DNA of 62,000 bases from Vicugna vicugna (Eukaryota): the NCBI GenBank assembly GCA_013265495.1, contig MU058463.1:3205037-3267036 (forward strand), read 5' to 3'. Positions 48,650 to 61,664 of the stretch are shown here, piece after piece. Made by a program: the position numbers and the translations under genes. The notes below the pieces were generated by a model. The model saw nothing but the letters and a program-made list of their open reading frames with translations, was not told where the DNA came from and did no database searches. Position 1 is the first letter of the stretch, and every line of letters begins with the position of its first letter.

Positions 48650-49625
48650 TACTCTCTCAGCTAATATGTCTTGGCAGGAATCAGAAGAAATACTGAATTC
48701 TAGGAAGAAATAGACAGTTGCACTTCCTTAAGACTTAATAGATTCCAGAGTGGTAGTCTCCATTATATTCTCATCCAGTTGTCCATCTAATCACTGCAAA
48801 AGCCAGATGGACTGTGGTGGATGGTGATGAACTATCATAAATTTAAAAGCACAGTAGCTGCTGCCATTCTAGACCAACACGGTCAGTGCCACTTGGTTTG
48901 CGGATGTTGCTCTGGCAAATACATTCTTCTTGAGCCCCATAAGTAGGGAGATTCCAAAGCAGTTCACTTTTACATGGTAAGGACAGAAGCACATTAGTCT
49001 CTTGCCCCAGACCTATGTTAACTTGCTGGCTTTCTGTCAAAACAAAGTCTTCTTTGGAAACACTGAAAATCCTGACTTCTGGCGAATGCCATCTAGACCC
49101 ATTATATTGATGGCCTAATGTGTAAGCCAAAAGTGAAAAGTATGTTAAGGTCTTACAACTGTGCGCCGGAAGTTGGAGATAAAGCTAAGAAAAATTCAAA
49201 AATTCACCTGTCGCACTGGTGGAAATTTTAGTGGTCCAGTGGTCCAGACATGCCTGTGCATCATCTCTAAAATAAACCTCCTGCTTCTAAGAAAAAAACA
49301 CAACACTTAACTGAATTTGTTGGATTTTGGAGGTAGCATACAACATATTTGTTAATGCTGACCCCAACCTATTTATCAGGTGACTTGGAAGGTAACCAGT
49401 AAGAGAGGTTTCTGCAGTAAATACAGACTAGTATGTAAGTTTCCACCTCACACTGTATGACCCTGCAGATTTGACAGGATAAGGATGCTGTGTGGAATCT
49501 CTGGTAAGCCCCAGGAGGAGGGTTACCATGCAGACATCTAGGTTTCTGGGACAAGGCCATGATTTCTAAGTCAGAGAAAGTCTTGCTACTTGAAAAACAG
49601 TTCTTGATCCACTACTAAGTACCAG
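48650..49625 (+). mobile_element. Decayed ERVL (class III) pol fragment: reverse transcriptase to RNase H
   Basis: Reading across stops and frameshifts: QKPDGLWWMVMNYHKF (48797), TWFADVALANTFFLSPI...KQFTFTW*GQ...LPQTYVN, HYIDG (49100-49114), GFWR*H, PIYQVTWK, DKDAVWNLW*AP, LGFWDKA and LEKQFL, colinear with ERVL pol motifs. Confidence 0.88.
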
Positions 49626-49967
49626 ATTCTGGGACACCAAGCAAATTGAAAGACTTAACAATGGGATGAACTTTTGACCAAAGGGCCATCGGAAATGGAA
49701 AGCTGGCAGGTATATTCTTCTTCCCTTTCCTTCCCAAACAGATCGTCTTTAGACACAGTTGTTCACATCGTCGCTCAAAGGGCAGTTCTGTGAGACTGAG
49801 TGATCAATTGCACTAGGTACCTTTGTAGCATCTCAGTTCAGTCTTGCTTCTGTTCTGTTTCACTTTCCTTTTCTCTCAACTCCTGCTTTCCTGTGATATT
49901 TTCTAATGAATTAGTAGCACAAAAACTGCCTTAAGCTATGCTTTCTGGGGGAACCAAAGATAATACA
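49626..49967 (+). mobile_element. 3' part of an ERVL LTR (LTR16/LTR41-like)
   Basis: ...tcactttccttttctctcaactcctgctttcctgtgat ... ccttaagctatgctttctgggggaaccaaagataataCA resembles LTR16-family 3' ends. Confidence 0.7.
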
Positions 49968-51362
49968 TCTCTCCGGCTTAAAACTCTTCTGTGCTTAAAC
50001 TCAGCATTTCAACTTGACATTTCCAGTCACCTTCCCCAACACACCTTGCCTTGCAGTTTATGCTCTAATGATATCAAATTGCTTCACAGACAACATGCTG
50101 TTTCACATCTTTAGACCTTGGTTTATGCTCTTTGCTCCATCAGGAATGCCATGTTTCATTCCTCCTTGATTATCTTATAGTAAACAACTCAGGTTTTTTT
50201 TTAATCAACTTTAGTGTTTTTTTCTGAGTAGTAATAGGTATGAGGTGTAACAACCTATCACTTGTCTTAGAGGGAATTGTCTGCTATGCCCCAGACCACT
50301 GATGCACCTGAAACTTCACCAGTGTGGCAGGACCCTTCATGGCATTTCTCTCCCATGCTCTGCTGTCACACTAGAGCCTCGAGGATAAACTGGACAGCCA
50401 TTAGGAGACAATATGAGGGAGAGCGGAGCCACCTGTGAGAAAATGTAAAGGGTATTTTGAAGATGTTGATTTGGTTCCTGGACCACAGAATTCAGACTGT
50501 TGATTGATGTAAGGGAGGTCTATACTCTGGACAGGAAGGCAAAGAACTCACTTGAGAGGGGGTAAGATTCAAGAATATGTGCCCTTCTTTGGAATGAAGG
50601 AAGTACTTCTGAGTATGATGAGGTTGTTTCTGTCTCCTGTTCTGTTTTGTGTTCTGCTTTGTGCTTGTGTTTGCTTAGTTTTTTTCCTAGCATTTTTTTT
50701 AAACAGTCCACTCCAGTTCTGTGATCTTAACGAAGTGGCCTATTTCACTGATATAAGTACACCAGCAGTCCTCTCCAGGTTCAGTATTTGAGATTCTGAC
50801 ACTGCTGCTTTTTAAACTCTTTTTTTTTCTCCTCCAGAAAACATCTTCCTCTTGCCTCATTGCTAATGCTGTTTACTTAAAGTCTAATCTCTGGCTTCTC
50901 CTATGCTGTCCTATGTGGTGGGCAGCGGGGAGAGATCTCTGTCATTCTGGATTCTTGCCCCTTTGAGTCTGTTCCTCCCAGGAGTGAGCATACAATTATT
51001 AAGACTATAGACTTCCTTGAATTCTGTCTGATCCTGAATAGAGTTGTTTACTTCCCAGGTGCGGAGATTCACACATTTAAAATTGAAGAGTTCACATAGT
51101 CAGAGGACTGTATGTGGTTGTGGTCTTAGCTGGAGTACATTTGGATGGAAGGCGTTTATGTCAACGGAATGTAGGTAGCAATAAACACATGTGTTCTCAA
51201 GACAGCCAAGCAAATTTGCCTCCTTACTTCCTGCTGAACGTAGAGCCTCTTTTGTCTCGGGCTGTCTTCCAGCAAACAAAGAGGCCACTTGGCCACCTAG
51301 AGCTCACGTTTTATTTATTTAGTTCCCCCCTGTAGTGTTCTCAGACCAGGCTGCCCTACACG

Positions 51363-51510
51363 AAGGAATCATGTCTAGTGATTAGCAAGTCCAGACTATT
51401 GCTTGGGAAGTTTCCTTGTGACCTCTGCAACAGATTAACTGTTTGCCATAAGGAAGTCCCTTAACCTTGCAGTATTTCCCTCTATACTCTCCAAATGGAG
51501 GCTAATAATG
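51363..51510 (+). mobile_element. MIR fragment
   Basis: catgtctagtgattagc ... ataaggaagtcccttaaccttgcag ... aaatggaggctaataatg. Confidence 0.55.
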
Positions 51511-52794
51511 CTGGGAAAGAAAAATGACTTGCTATCCACAAATGAGAAGCATCTCTTCATTGTCTTTGTACATATAGGCTTCCTGTTACAGTAATAATTC
51601 TATTTTGTGCCATTTAAAATAATTCAGGAGAGTTCTAGAACACTGCTCTCTGGATAATAAAAACACTCTTTCAAGGTTTATATCCTTATATTCAAGTGTT
51701 TTATTTCATCTGATGAGAAATTTGTGATAGAAAGCATTTTGACTATTCTTACTCTTTTCAAGGCATTTAAAAATAATATAACTTTACCCATGGCAAGAGG
51801 TTCATAGTATACAAATGCCATTTTTCAAATGGAAAATAAATATGAAGTCCACAGCAGTAGCTCACGCCAGAAATGTAAACGATGACTACAACCCTAAGAA
51901 GGCAATGTTTGTGATTTGGTCCATGACTTTGTGTTATAGGAAATCCTAACTAAGGAATAAGTGCCAAAAATAGTAGAGGAAAAAACAATGAAGGGAAGGA
52001 AACCAAACAATCTATTATTGTCATGGTGTTTGAAATTGCTGGTTATAATGCAATTTACAGAGGACTATGTAGTTTACAAATAAAAGGCTTGCTGTGTGAC
52101 TGGGGCAATGGAAGAAGCTGTACAGAAGTAGCATGAAGGAGGCCAAAGGAGAGCTGTCACCATCAAAGAATCCTGACCTAGGAAAACATCACAGAGCCAT
52201 AAAGCTGCCAGGCAATCACAATTTTTTAAACTCTAAATTTTAAAGTTAAAATCCATTGAATTGCAAAGCATTAGGAAACTCTTGTTTATCAACAGAGTTC
52301 CTTTATTTAAAATTAATTTTTTAAACTGCAACAGCTTTCTGCTACTTTTTGATAAAATGTTACAAAAGATTGTGCACTGTCATTCTGGAGCAAAGTGCCG
52401 GTTGGATGAAATAAACTTTTATGCACCCATATGAGCTTTTTTGTTTTTCAGACTTCTGTGCAAATTCTCTACACTCCAAGGGCATCAATCCCAATATTAA
52501 CAGGTTTACATTTTGTATTTTTACTAGAATTTTCTTCACAGTTTACATTACAATGTTGCTCTGAGTTGATGCCTTAACATTAAGATTTTCATCACTACAT
52601 TCATGTTTTAAAAAGTATTTTCAAGCTATATTTTCACCATTTGTAAGCTAGAGAAATAACAGTAAAACCACGGAAAATCAACAAAGCTTAATAACATATA
52701 AATGGGATGAAATTTGTTAATATAGATGAACTTACACTATTAAATAAGTACAGTTCTTATAGCACAAGTGCAAAGATTAAGAATATAAGAATTA

Positions 52795-53072
52795 TTAGTA
52801 CATATGTTTGAACCTCGAGGACATTATGCTAAGTGAAATAAACCAAGTATAAAAAGACAACTACTATATGATTGCACTTACATGAGGTAACTAGAGTAGT
52901 CAAATTCATTGACAGAAAGTAGAGTGATGGTTGCCATGGGCTGGGTGGGGGTGGGGTAGAAACGAGGGATTACTCTTTAATGCACATAGAATTTTAGTTT
53001 TGCAAGATGAAAAGAGTTCTGGAGAGGAATGATGCGATGGTCACACAACAGTGTGAATGTATTTAACATTTA
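52795..53072 (+). mobile_element. L1MB-like 3' end
   Basis: gaacctcgaggacattatgctaagtgaaataaacca ... tagagtagtcaaattcat ... gatggttgcca ... ttttgcaagatgaaaagagttctggag ... cacaacagtgtgaatgta. Confidence 0.92.
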
Positions 53073-53619
53073 AATAATAAGTCTCCATTAAGACAGAGCA
53101 TTGAAACATATTTAAAACCTACAGAGGCTGTACTAAGATTTACACAATCAGTAGGTAGGAAGGTTTAAAGAACGAGGAGGCAAGGAGAGCTCAGAAGGGA
53201 GTCAGAAGTCCCTAGTTTTGATCTCATCTAAGTATCAAACCCCACTATTCTTCCTTGCCTCAAAACACATAATAATTCAATCTCTAGGGATGACCAGAGC
53301 CAAGGACAGCTATGAACACAGTCAGCAATGGGAGCAATCACAGATATTCTCATGGGTTGGTTTGTTGTTCCTGCCCTTGGAGGCCACGAAGGAACTGCTT
53401 AGATAGCCTCTGAGGCTGGAGGATCAAGAACCAGAGGCATCATGGAAGCTTCCTTGGGGAGCTTTGGCAGGAGATTGACAACCAGTCTGGTTATATATAC
53501 ACTCTCAGTCTGGCAGAGGGGTAGCTCTGTGGGTCTCTGATGATTTCCTCATTTCAGTGATCATCATCTCTTAGGAACTCTGACACAAATACCTGAGCGC
53601 TAGTGAACTGAGGGAGAAA

Positions 53620-54290
53620 AATAACACCCACCCAAGGAAGATGAGTGAGGACAAATGGAACCCATGCCCAGCCAATAGACCAGTTTGACCAGAGACTTGA
53701 CAACTGGAGTAAAGAATTAATAAGAACACTTTAGGAAAATCAAGTACAACACTTGGCAGACTTTGTTGAGATAATAAAATGATTTCTCATCTAAGCAATT
53801 TAATATGTGAATTAAAGGAGATATGCAGGGGTGGTCTGGAAAATCAAGGGTAACAACTATTTCCAAAGATATAAAGTGAGAACATCAAAAAATAAAAGTT
53901 ACAGGGGAAAAGATAAAGTTACAGGGGAAAAGATAATACTTCAAGGAGAGGTCCAGGAGACTCATCATGCAAGTAATAAAAGTTCCCCAAGGAAAGAAAG
54001 TACTGAGAGAAGAGAGGAATAACTAAAGAAAGGATAGGTGAAAATTTCTATAAGTTGAAGGAGAAATTTCCCTCATCTCAGGACTGATTGAAAATAAAAC
54101 TTATGCATTAGGACAGAAATTTTAGATAAAGTTTCTAAACTCTAAGTACAAAGCGATAATCTTAAAACTTCCAAGCAAAACAAGTTACAATGAGAAAAGA
54201 AACCAACAGACACTGGGCATCTCATCAGTAATACTAGGTAAATAACACTTTCATATGAGAAAGGAAAACTATTGCAAGCCATTATATCAA
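53620..54290 (+). mobile_element. Ancient L1/HAL1 ORF1-derived fragment
   Basis: gtccaggagactcatcatgcaagtaataaaagttcc ... gaataactaaagaaaggataggtgaaaatttc and aatcttaaaacttccaagcaaaacaagttac resemble ORF1 SRRSNIQIIGVP...IIQENF and ILQASRQKQVT segments. Confidence 0.6.
53895..53934. repeat. Perfect 20-bp tandem duplication
   Basis: aaagttacaggggaaaagat twice. Confidence 0.95.
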
Positions 54291-54334
54291 AACATTATAA
54301 ATCCACTTTAATTAAATAAATATGTTGTTGGTAT

Positions 54335-54900
54335 AAAAAGAGACAAACATCTGAAGAAGAGTCTAGTATTCTAGAAATAAACCTATGTACAGATGAAAAT
54401 TGAATGTAAGATAAAGGTCATTTAATTTTTTGAGAAAACTGTGTATTGTTTAAATTCTGATGACACAATTGCCTACTGATTTGAAATAATATAAATTGCA
54501 TCATTACCTCACACTACAATCAAAACTAAATTCCATATGAATGAAATAGTTAAATTTTTAAAAATCTGGACAAAACATTTACAATTCAGATGACAGACAA
54601 AATGATTAGTATTCATAATATACAAAGAAATTTAGTTTCCTCACAAACTGAAAGTAAAGTGAGGTTGATCAATAGGGAAACTTCAGTGAAAATGTATGGT
54701 CAGTATTTCAAAGATTATTACAAAGTCACTAAATGTGAATTAGAGCTACATCAGTTTACTCAAAGGGATTTTTGCTAGTCGTTAATTGGCCAAAAAGGAG
54801 AGAGAAAAAAAAAAGAAAAATCAACAGAAAAAATGAGCTTATATAGGTTAAGAGAAATTTTAAAAGATTGATGACATGTATTACATTACTTAAAATTTCA
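54335..54900 (+). mobile_element. Ancient L1ME-like ORF2 3' fragment
   Basis: ctagaaataaaccta ... gataaagg ... tacctcacactaca ... aaattccatatgaatgaaatagttaaat ... gacagacaaaatgattagtattcataatatacaaag. Confidence 0.65.
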
Positions 54901-55350
54901 AGTGTCAATATCTTTTGTTGAAATTATCTGGATTAAATTAAATTGAACTAATTCAAATTCAATTAAATCAAAAAGAATCAAATATAAGTTCCCATTCTTT
55001 CTCCCTCAGACTTCATTTTACAAACAAAATGATTGAAGTAAATAACTACAAGCTACATTTGGAAAGTATAGCAAGGAGGTCTGAACTTTTGACTATAAAC
55101 TTTTTGGGATACCCAAGTTGCCTATTTGAAAAATGGGGTACAACATTTTCTTTGATGACAACTTTCTCAGTTTCATAAATAGATAACAGCCAACACTGTT
55201 CTCTAGGAGTCTACTGCAGTGGTAACACCTCATTACCTAAAAGCACCTTAGATATTTGCATCTTGTGAACAATGCTTCTACCTATGTTAGCATTATAGAC
55301 ACACTGTATCCACCAAGTGCTGTGGGCTTATTTTTTAATTTGTTTTTATT

Positions 55351-55753
55351 TGAGTATTAGTCAGAATAGACAAGGTTATGCTGCAGTAACAAAGTAACCT
55401 GGGAATCTCAATGACCTCTCAAAACTAAGGTTATTTCTCACTCATGCTACATGTTCAAGGGTCTGCTCCAAAAAGTCACTCAGGGATTCTGGTTCCTGGG
55501 AGCTCTACCATATTTATTTTCCTTAGCTGGAACACCCAGCCTCTTCATCCAAAAGCCCACGAGGGACCTTTGGTAGGGGAGAAGAATTCGGGATGTTCTC
55601 TCACTGGTAATTTTTTGGCTTGTCTACTCATAACTTACTGGACAGAACTAGTCACATGGTGCCACCTGACTGTGAGAGGATGTGGAGAATAATTCCCCAT
55701 GTTCTCAGAAGGAGACAGAAACCAGAAATAGGTGACTCCATGGATTCTCCACC
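55351..55753 (-). mobile_element. MLT1 (MaLR) LTR, MLT1K/L-like
   Basis: tattagtcagaatagacaaggttatgctgcagtaacaaa ... ttatttctcactcatgctacatg ... cagaactagtcacatgg ... gaaggagacagaaaccagaaatagg. Confidence 0.88.
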
Positions 55754-57474
55754 GAAGTTTGTTTTGAAGATTTAGGATTATGTTTGTGCTTTGTTCTGTT
55801 AAAACATAAGTCTAATTTGTGGGTGGTGGTCGTGGAGGAAATAAATTTATAGATAATGAATAAACAAGTAATATAGAAAGAATAAATTTAATAAATAAGA
55901 TTTTTATAAAGGAACTTTAGATACCCGCTCAGGTGATTGAAAAGAAAGGAGATGGAATGTTTCAGGGTGGCAGTCTAGAAGAATTGGAAGTCACATACAG
56001 TGACAAATAAGGTGTGCAAAGGAGGGACCAAAGGCAGCTGATAAAGATGTAGAAAGCTGAGGAAGCTGCTATCAAAGTGATGCAGCATAATATGACATTT
56101 TCAAATGGTACAGTGGAGAAGAAAAGAGCTGAATAGGATTTGATTGTTTAGACTGACTTAAAGCAACTGTGGCTGCTTCTGAGTCCTCATTTTTAGGAGA
56201 AACCTTCAGTACTACAATTTAGCATAGCAGGTTTAAGATTCAGCTTGAAGTCAGGCAGTTAGCTACGGCCCTGGATTCTGAATAAGATATTAGTTTGCTT
56301 TTACTTGAAGTCTTGATATCTTCCTGAAGTTCATTTTCTCTAAAAATGCCACAGTTAAAAAAGCTTGACCAGAGAGGTCACTTATGTCCTTGAATTAAAT
56401 GTAACAATGTCATATTTTCATTTTTCAAAGAGAGGTATCTTCAGGCATATCTTTACACCCTGATATGCATCTGATATGAATAATCCATATTTATCCACTG
56501 AACTATGTCTATAAACAGCAGTAGCCAAGAGCAGATTTCCCAGGAAAACTAGACTCGAATGGTAGACATCATCCCACAGGTTCTGCAGTTAGATAGAATA
56601 ATATAATCCAAAACTTTACAATACATATGGATCTCATCACCTGCTATTAATTTCCTTTCTTATAATGAGTGTCTGACTCCCTTCTGCTATAAGTATTTTA
56701 AATTATATTTAATATGTTGTTTATCATATTTATCACAAAAAATTATTAAACACATCCATAAACATATTATTCCATTAATGCTATAAGAGGAAAGTTTATT
56801 AAGTTAACTTTAAAATCAAATTTAAGAATTTATGTTAATTCATTACCACAGGCAAATAAATGTAAACGGTAACATTTTAATACAGATATTTGAACAAACA
56901 TGTTTTTAAAAATAGATAAATCTTTACCAAAAGCACATTTTTTTTTAAAAAGTAAAAGGCACAGGGCTAAAAGCTAATTTTAGTTATTGAAATAAATAAT
57001 TTCCTTTGTGGGCCTTTTGACTTTTGAACTATAACCATTATATGTTCCCCCAACATAAAAAGATGGTTATGGATTTATAAAAAAGAAAATCTTATAAAAG
57101 GAGAATGATCTGAGTCACTCATTGTCCCAGTAGTTATATATCTTGAAAAACACACACTTTTTTTCATGTATTTTTGCTAATAACTAAAATTAGCTTCCAT
57201 GTATTTTACAAATAAAGCTGAATCTTGAGCGTAACAATGGAGGGATAGACGTATACTATTTCTAGCACATCATCTACATGATGAGGGATTTAAAGATGGA
57301 AGAATTGAAGGGAAAATTAAGAATTTTATCTTTTTTAATTATATGTTTAAAAAATAGGAGGACTATAACTAAAAATACCATTCCTAAGATAAAACTGTTG
57401 ATATTACTGTTAGCTTAAAAAACTGGCATTTAGCCATAATGATTTGAGAAGACATAAAATATCCTCTATGAAGA

Positions 57475-58455
57475 TCCTTTTTTCTCCTCACCCCAACACC
57501 TTGAATCATGGTGTTCGTAAGTTCCACAGCATTTCCTCCTGGTCCTATTCCACCATCACTCTCCTTATATTCCTAGGGAGATCTAATCTACTCACCAGCT
57601 TTTAATTAATATCTATGTACTGATGGTTTTCAAATCTTACAGCTCTTGAACTCGAGTTTCAAATCTTCAGGAAGTCTCCATTTCACTGGCCTAACGGTAA
57701 CTCAGACTCAGTTGCTTCAGAGTTAATCTCATCATCCTCCATCTCCCATCAGTACCTCGGCCACAGGAACCATGCTCCTTCACTGACAGTTCAGTGAATC
57801 GCACCATCTTACACTAAATGACTCTGGAATTATCCTGCTTTTATTCTCCTACGCATACTTGGCCCTCCCCAAGACATATTTAATCATAGCCAAAGCTAAC
57901 TGTTATATCTCCTAAAGAAACCACTATTTTTTTCCCCATTTTCTAGTATCAGCAAACACATTAAGAAAAGGACTCTTCTCTGATGAATAATAAACACTTC
58001 CTGAGACATCTCCTTAGCACTCAGGTGTTGTCCCTTCTAATCTATTCTTTGTATTGATATCCTCAAAATGCAAATTGGATTGTGCTAATCATGTGCTCAT
58101 TACAATTCTTCAGTGACTTCCCATCTTATGCAGGATAAAATACAAAGTCCTAAATGCATCGTACATGCCCTTCTTGATTTTTAACCTTCCCCCTTTGCAC
58201 TCCAGCCACATCAAACTTAATTCTACTATGCTCTTTCTTAACTGGCTGAACTAGAATAAGAATTTTCTCCTGTTTGGAATATTCTTTCTTTATTTCTTCA
58301 TCTGACTGGTTATGGATCCCAATGTTAATATTAATTCTTCAGGGAGGCTCCTTTTTTAAAACCCTCTCCAAATCTAGGGCTATCATTTTCTCTTATGTCC
58401 AAAATAGTGTACAATTCTTCATAGCATCATGATTATCATACTTTGTTCTAATTAT
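57475..58455 (+). mobile_element. Long L2 segment (resumes at about 59480-59578 after the Tigger insertion)
   Basis: ctttaattaatatctatgtactgatgg ... cctcaaaatgcaaattggattgtg ... cttcagtgacttcccatc ... caggataaaatacaaagtcctaa ... cactccagccaca; tail agagtgcctgg ... taagtatttgttgaa. Confidence 0.85.
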
Positions 58456-58458
58456 ATA

Positions 58459-59475
58459 TAAGTAGCCCTTACTTTGCATGGTTCCAATATGCACAAATTT
58501 CAGTCACCCTGATTTAGTTAAATAACCTCAGTCCCCCAACAACATGGTTCAAATTTAAGTTGCCAGAACATACTAACAATTTATTAATTGTATAAAGTAA
58601 AAACTTCACTGCTAGTGCTTCAATCCACAGGTCACTATATAAACAACAGATGTGCATCATGATCAGTCACCAATCATGGCACTTCTTTCAAAGGCTGTCC
58701 ACGACTGGCCACTGTGCTTCTGTCATTCAGTTCACATATAGGTGATAAAGCATTTCGTTGTGCTGCCTTCTTGTCTCCCTGTAATTAACTCATGTTACAT
58801 TTTATAAAAATGGATAATAGAAAAAAGAAATTGATCCAAAAATGAAAAAACAAAAAGTGATCATGTTAGAAATGAAATACAAATTATATGCAAATGGAAT
58901 TTTAGAAAAACAGTCTTACCATGAGAAAATTTATACTGTTGCTTCTTAAGAAACTACAGAAGTGCTGCCAGAGGAACTTAGCATAGGTGAACTTATCAAC
59001 ATAATGAGGAGAATGGCTGTTATGAAGAGGATACGTGATGTCTCAGCAAAAATATTAACAGTAAAGGAATTCTCAGAGATATTTCATAACATCAGAAGTA
59101 CATAAGATAAAGTACTGAAACCTGATCCAAACTTACAAAGGACCATGACAATTTACCAAATAATCAAAAAGACGCCTGTTCTACATCATAATTTATACAA
59201 GAAGTAGTCATGATATTTTTAAGTTTTTATAAAGAAATAAAATGGTTTCATTCTTACTGTTTCAATGTTTTAAATTTTGATGCACTGAAAAAATATTAGT
59301 TTTACTGTTTATTCATTTCCCTAACATTTATAAAAAACAGAGAGGTTTTAATATTTTGACAAAGAATATTTAAGAGTCACAGAATAATCCTAATTTTTTC
59401 CATTGATTATGAAGATTGCTTTGTTGCATTTCCAGCTTGCACAATCCACACTATGAGGCAAGGGAGGACTACTTG
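58459..59475 (+). mobile_element. Tigger6a-like TcMar-Tigger DNA transposon, with both TIRs and TA TSDs
   Basis: TA|taagtagcccttactttgc ... gcaagggaggactacttg|TA inverted termini; internal gtcccccaacaacatggttcaaattt, gatcagtcaccaatca and aaaaatggataat. Confidence 0.85.
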
Positions 59476-59994
59476 TAGTTAATTTTGTCTTTACTCCATC
59501 AACTTTTATGATGGAGTCCTAACGTATAACAGAGTGCCTGGAATGTAACCCTCCATAAGTATTTGTTGAAAATTGAATTTTAAAATATGCTCTTTAACAT
59601 ACAGGTTGGTTAGCCTCAAGCCATTGGTAAAGAAAATCATCTAAAGTGCAGCATTATTTTCCAGAATAAAAAGTTGGAGACAATTTAAAATCTAACACAA
59701 AGGGAAAGTTTCAATGAATTATTGCACATCTTTGTAATGGACTATTAGGCAGACTGCATGATTTTTACTAAGCTTTTATAATAAACTATTATAATGAAAG
59801 GTTACAAAATTACATGTATAACATGATTTCAAATATATAAAAATGTGCAAGTATACAAAAATAAACTAATGAAAGAATATAGCATAAAGACTTAATAATT
59901 TTGCATCAGCTTAAGTTTTCTAGAAAGCTGATGCTGAGACAAGAGTGCTAGAGGTTTGTTTAGGTGAGGCTGAAGCTGGTGGGGCAGGGAATTA

Positions 59995-61640
59995 AATTCA
60001 TTCCAGGAATACAAGATTATAAAATAATTAATGTAATTCACTATATTAATATATTAAAAGAGTAATTAAATAACTATTTTGATAGACACAGAGGAAGAAT
60101 ACATTAAAAGTCAACACTCAGCTTTATAAACCAAGAATAATGGTTTATATATATATAATAACTTACCAACTGACATCTACCAAAAATAAGTTTAAAACCT
60201 CTACAGTAAACATTATATTTAATTGTTAAACATTGAAAATGTTTCCAAGACTAGGAAAAATCATTGTGTCTCCTAGATAATTTCTATTCAATATTATAAA
60301 CTAGATATCCTGTCCAGAGTAGAAAGGCAAGGAAGTCAAAGCATGTAAAATTTGGTAAGGAAAAAACAAAATTGTTCTTATCTGAAAATGATATGTCCTT
60401 AATTCAAAGTTTCTATAAAACACAAAAGAATCTACAGATAAATTACTAGAATTAGAAAGAGGAAGGCTTAGCAATATTTCTTCCTAAAAACATATATAAA
60501 AATCATCGCATTCCTATACACCAGTAATAAATATTTAAAAATAGAATTTAATAAAGCCTATAATTTACAATAGCTTTGAAAATTTTCAAGTATATCATGA
60601 TAAATCTTTCAAAAGATGTACAAGGTCTTTACTGGGTAAATAGAAAGCTTTTATAAAGTTATTACAAAATACCTAAAAAAAGAGATACACTATATTCATG
60701 GATTTAAAGATTCAAAATAAAAAAGATGTTAATTAATCATCAGTTGATCTATAGAGTCAAAGCAGTTGTAATAAAAATCCCAACAGGTATTTTTTGTGCA
60801 ACCTGCTAGGTCTATTCTAAATTGTATTTGGAAGAGAAAAATGACAAGAAACTCCAAGACATTCACAAAGCATAAAAAACAAATGAGGGGACTTACTTTA
60901 TCAGATATCAAGGTTTGTTGTAAAATCATAATAATTAAGTCACAGTAATAGTGGTGGAGAGATAGTTAAGTTGACCAATAGACCAGAATAGAGCACCTAA
61001 AATTATTCACAGGGACTGAAAGCCTGCACAGACTAACTAGTTCATGTGTGACAGAGAGGCATTAGGATCAGTGAGGAAAGATTAAATTTTTGAAACACTG
61101 GACTGGGTTATTGAGTATTTACATGGAAAGCAATGAAATAAACATTATTTCCAACTGAACTACTGATTTAAATGGTTTTATAGAAATTAAGATATTACAG
61201 TTAATATCTTTATAATCCTGGGGTAGGAAATTAATTCTTAAGTAGGACAAAAGAGTACAAACAATAAAGGAAAAATGCAGATAAATACCACTTCATTAAA
61301 AGGGAGAACTTTTTTTTTCATTCGAAGTCTCTATAAAGAAAGTAAAATGATAAGCTGCAGACTGGGAGGAGATATTTTCTGTACCCATAAGAAAGCATTC
61401 TGGTTGGAATACATAAAAAAGCTCCTGCAAATCAACAAGAAAATGGTAGCTAGCCTAATGTAAAAATGGGTGAAAGTCTTGAAAAAGTACTTTGCAGAAA
61501 GAAAAATCTCAATGGCCTGTTAAAATATGCAAAGATGCCCTCACTAATCAGGCAAATGCAAATTCTAAGCAGAGTAACATGACATTTCATATTCACCACA
61601 TTGGTAAGAGTTGTGAAGTTTGACAGTTTCACACATTGCA
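59995..61640 (+). mobile_element. Ancient L1 (L1M/L1ME) ORF2 RT-to-3' segment
   Basis: ttcattccaggaatacaag ... aatgtaattcactatattaat (FIPG...NVIHYIN), ctattcaatatta, gcattcctatacaccag, ttgatctatagagtcaa, tatcagatatcaag, gctcctgcaaatcaacaag and ggcaaatgcaaatt. Confidence 0.9.
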
Positions 61641-61664
61641 GGCACCTTGTCCCTTCCTAGTGGG

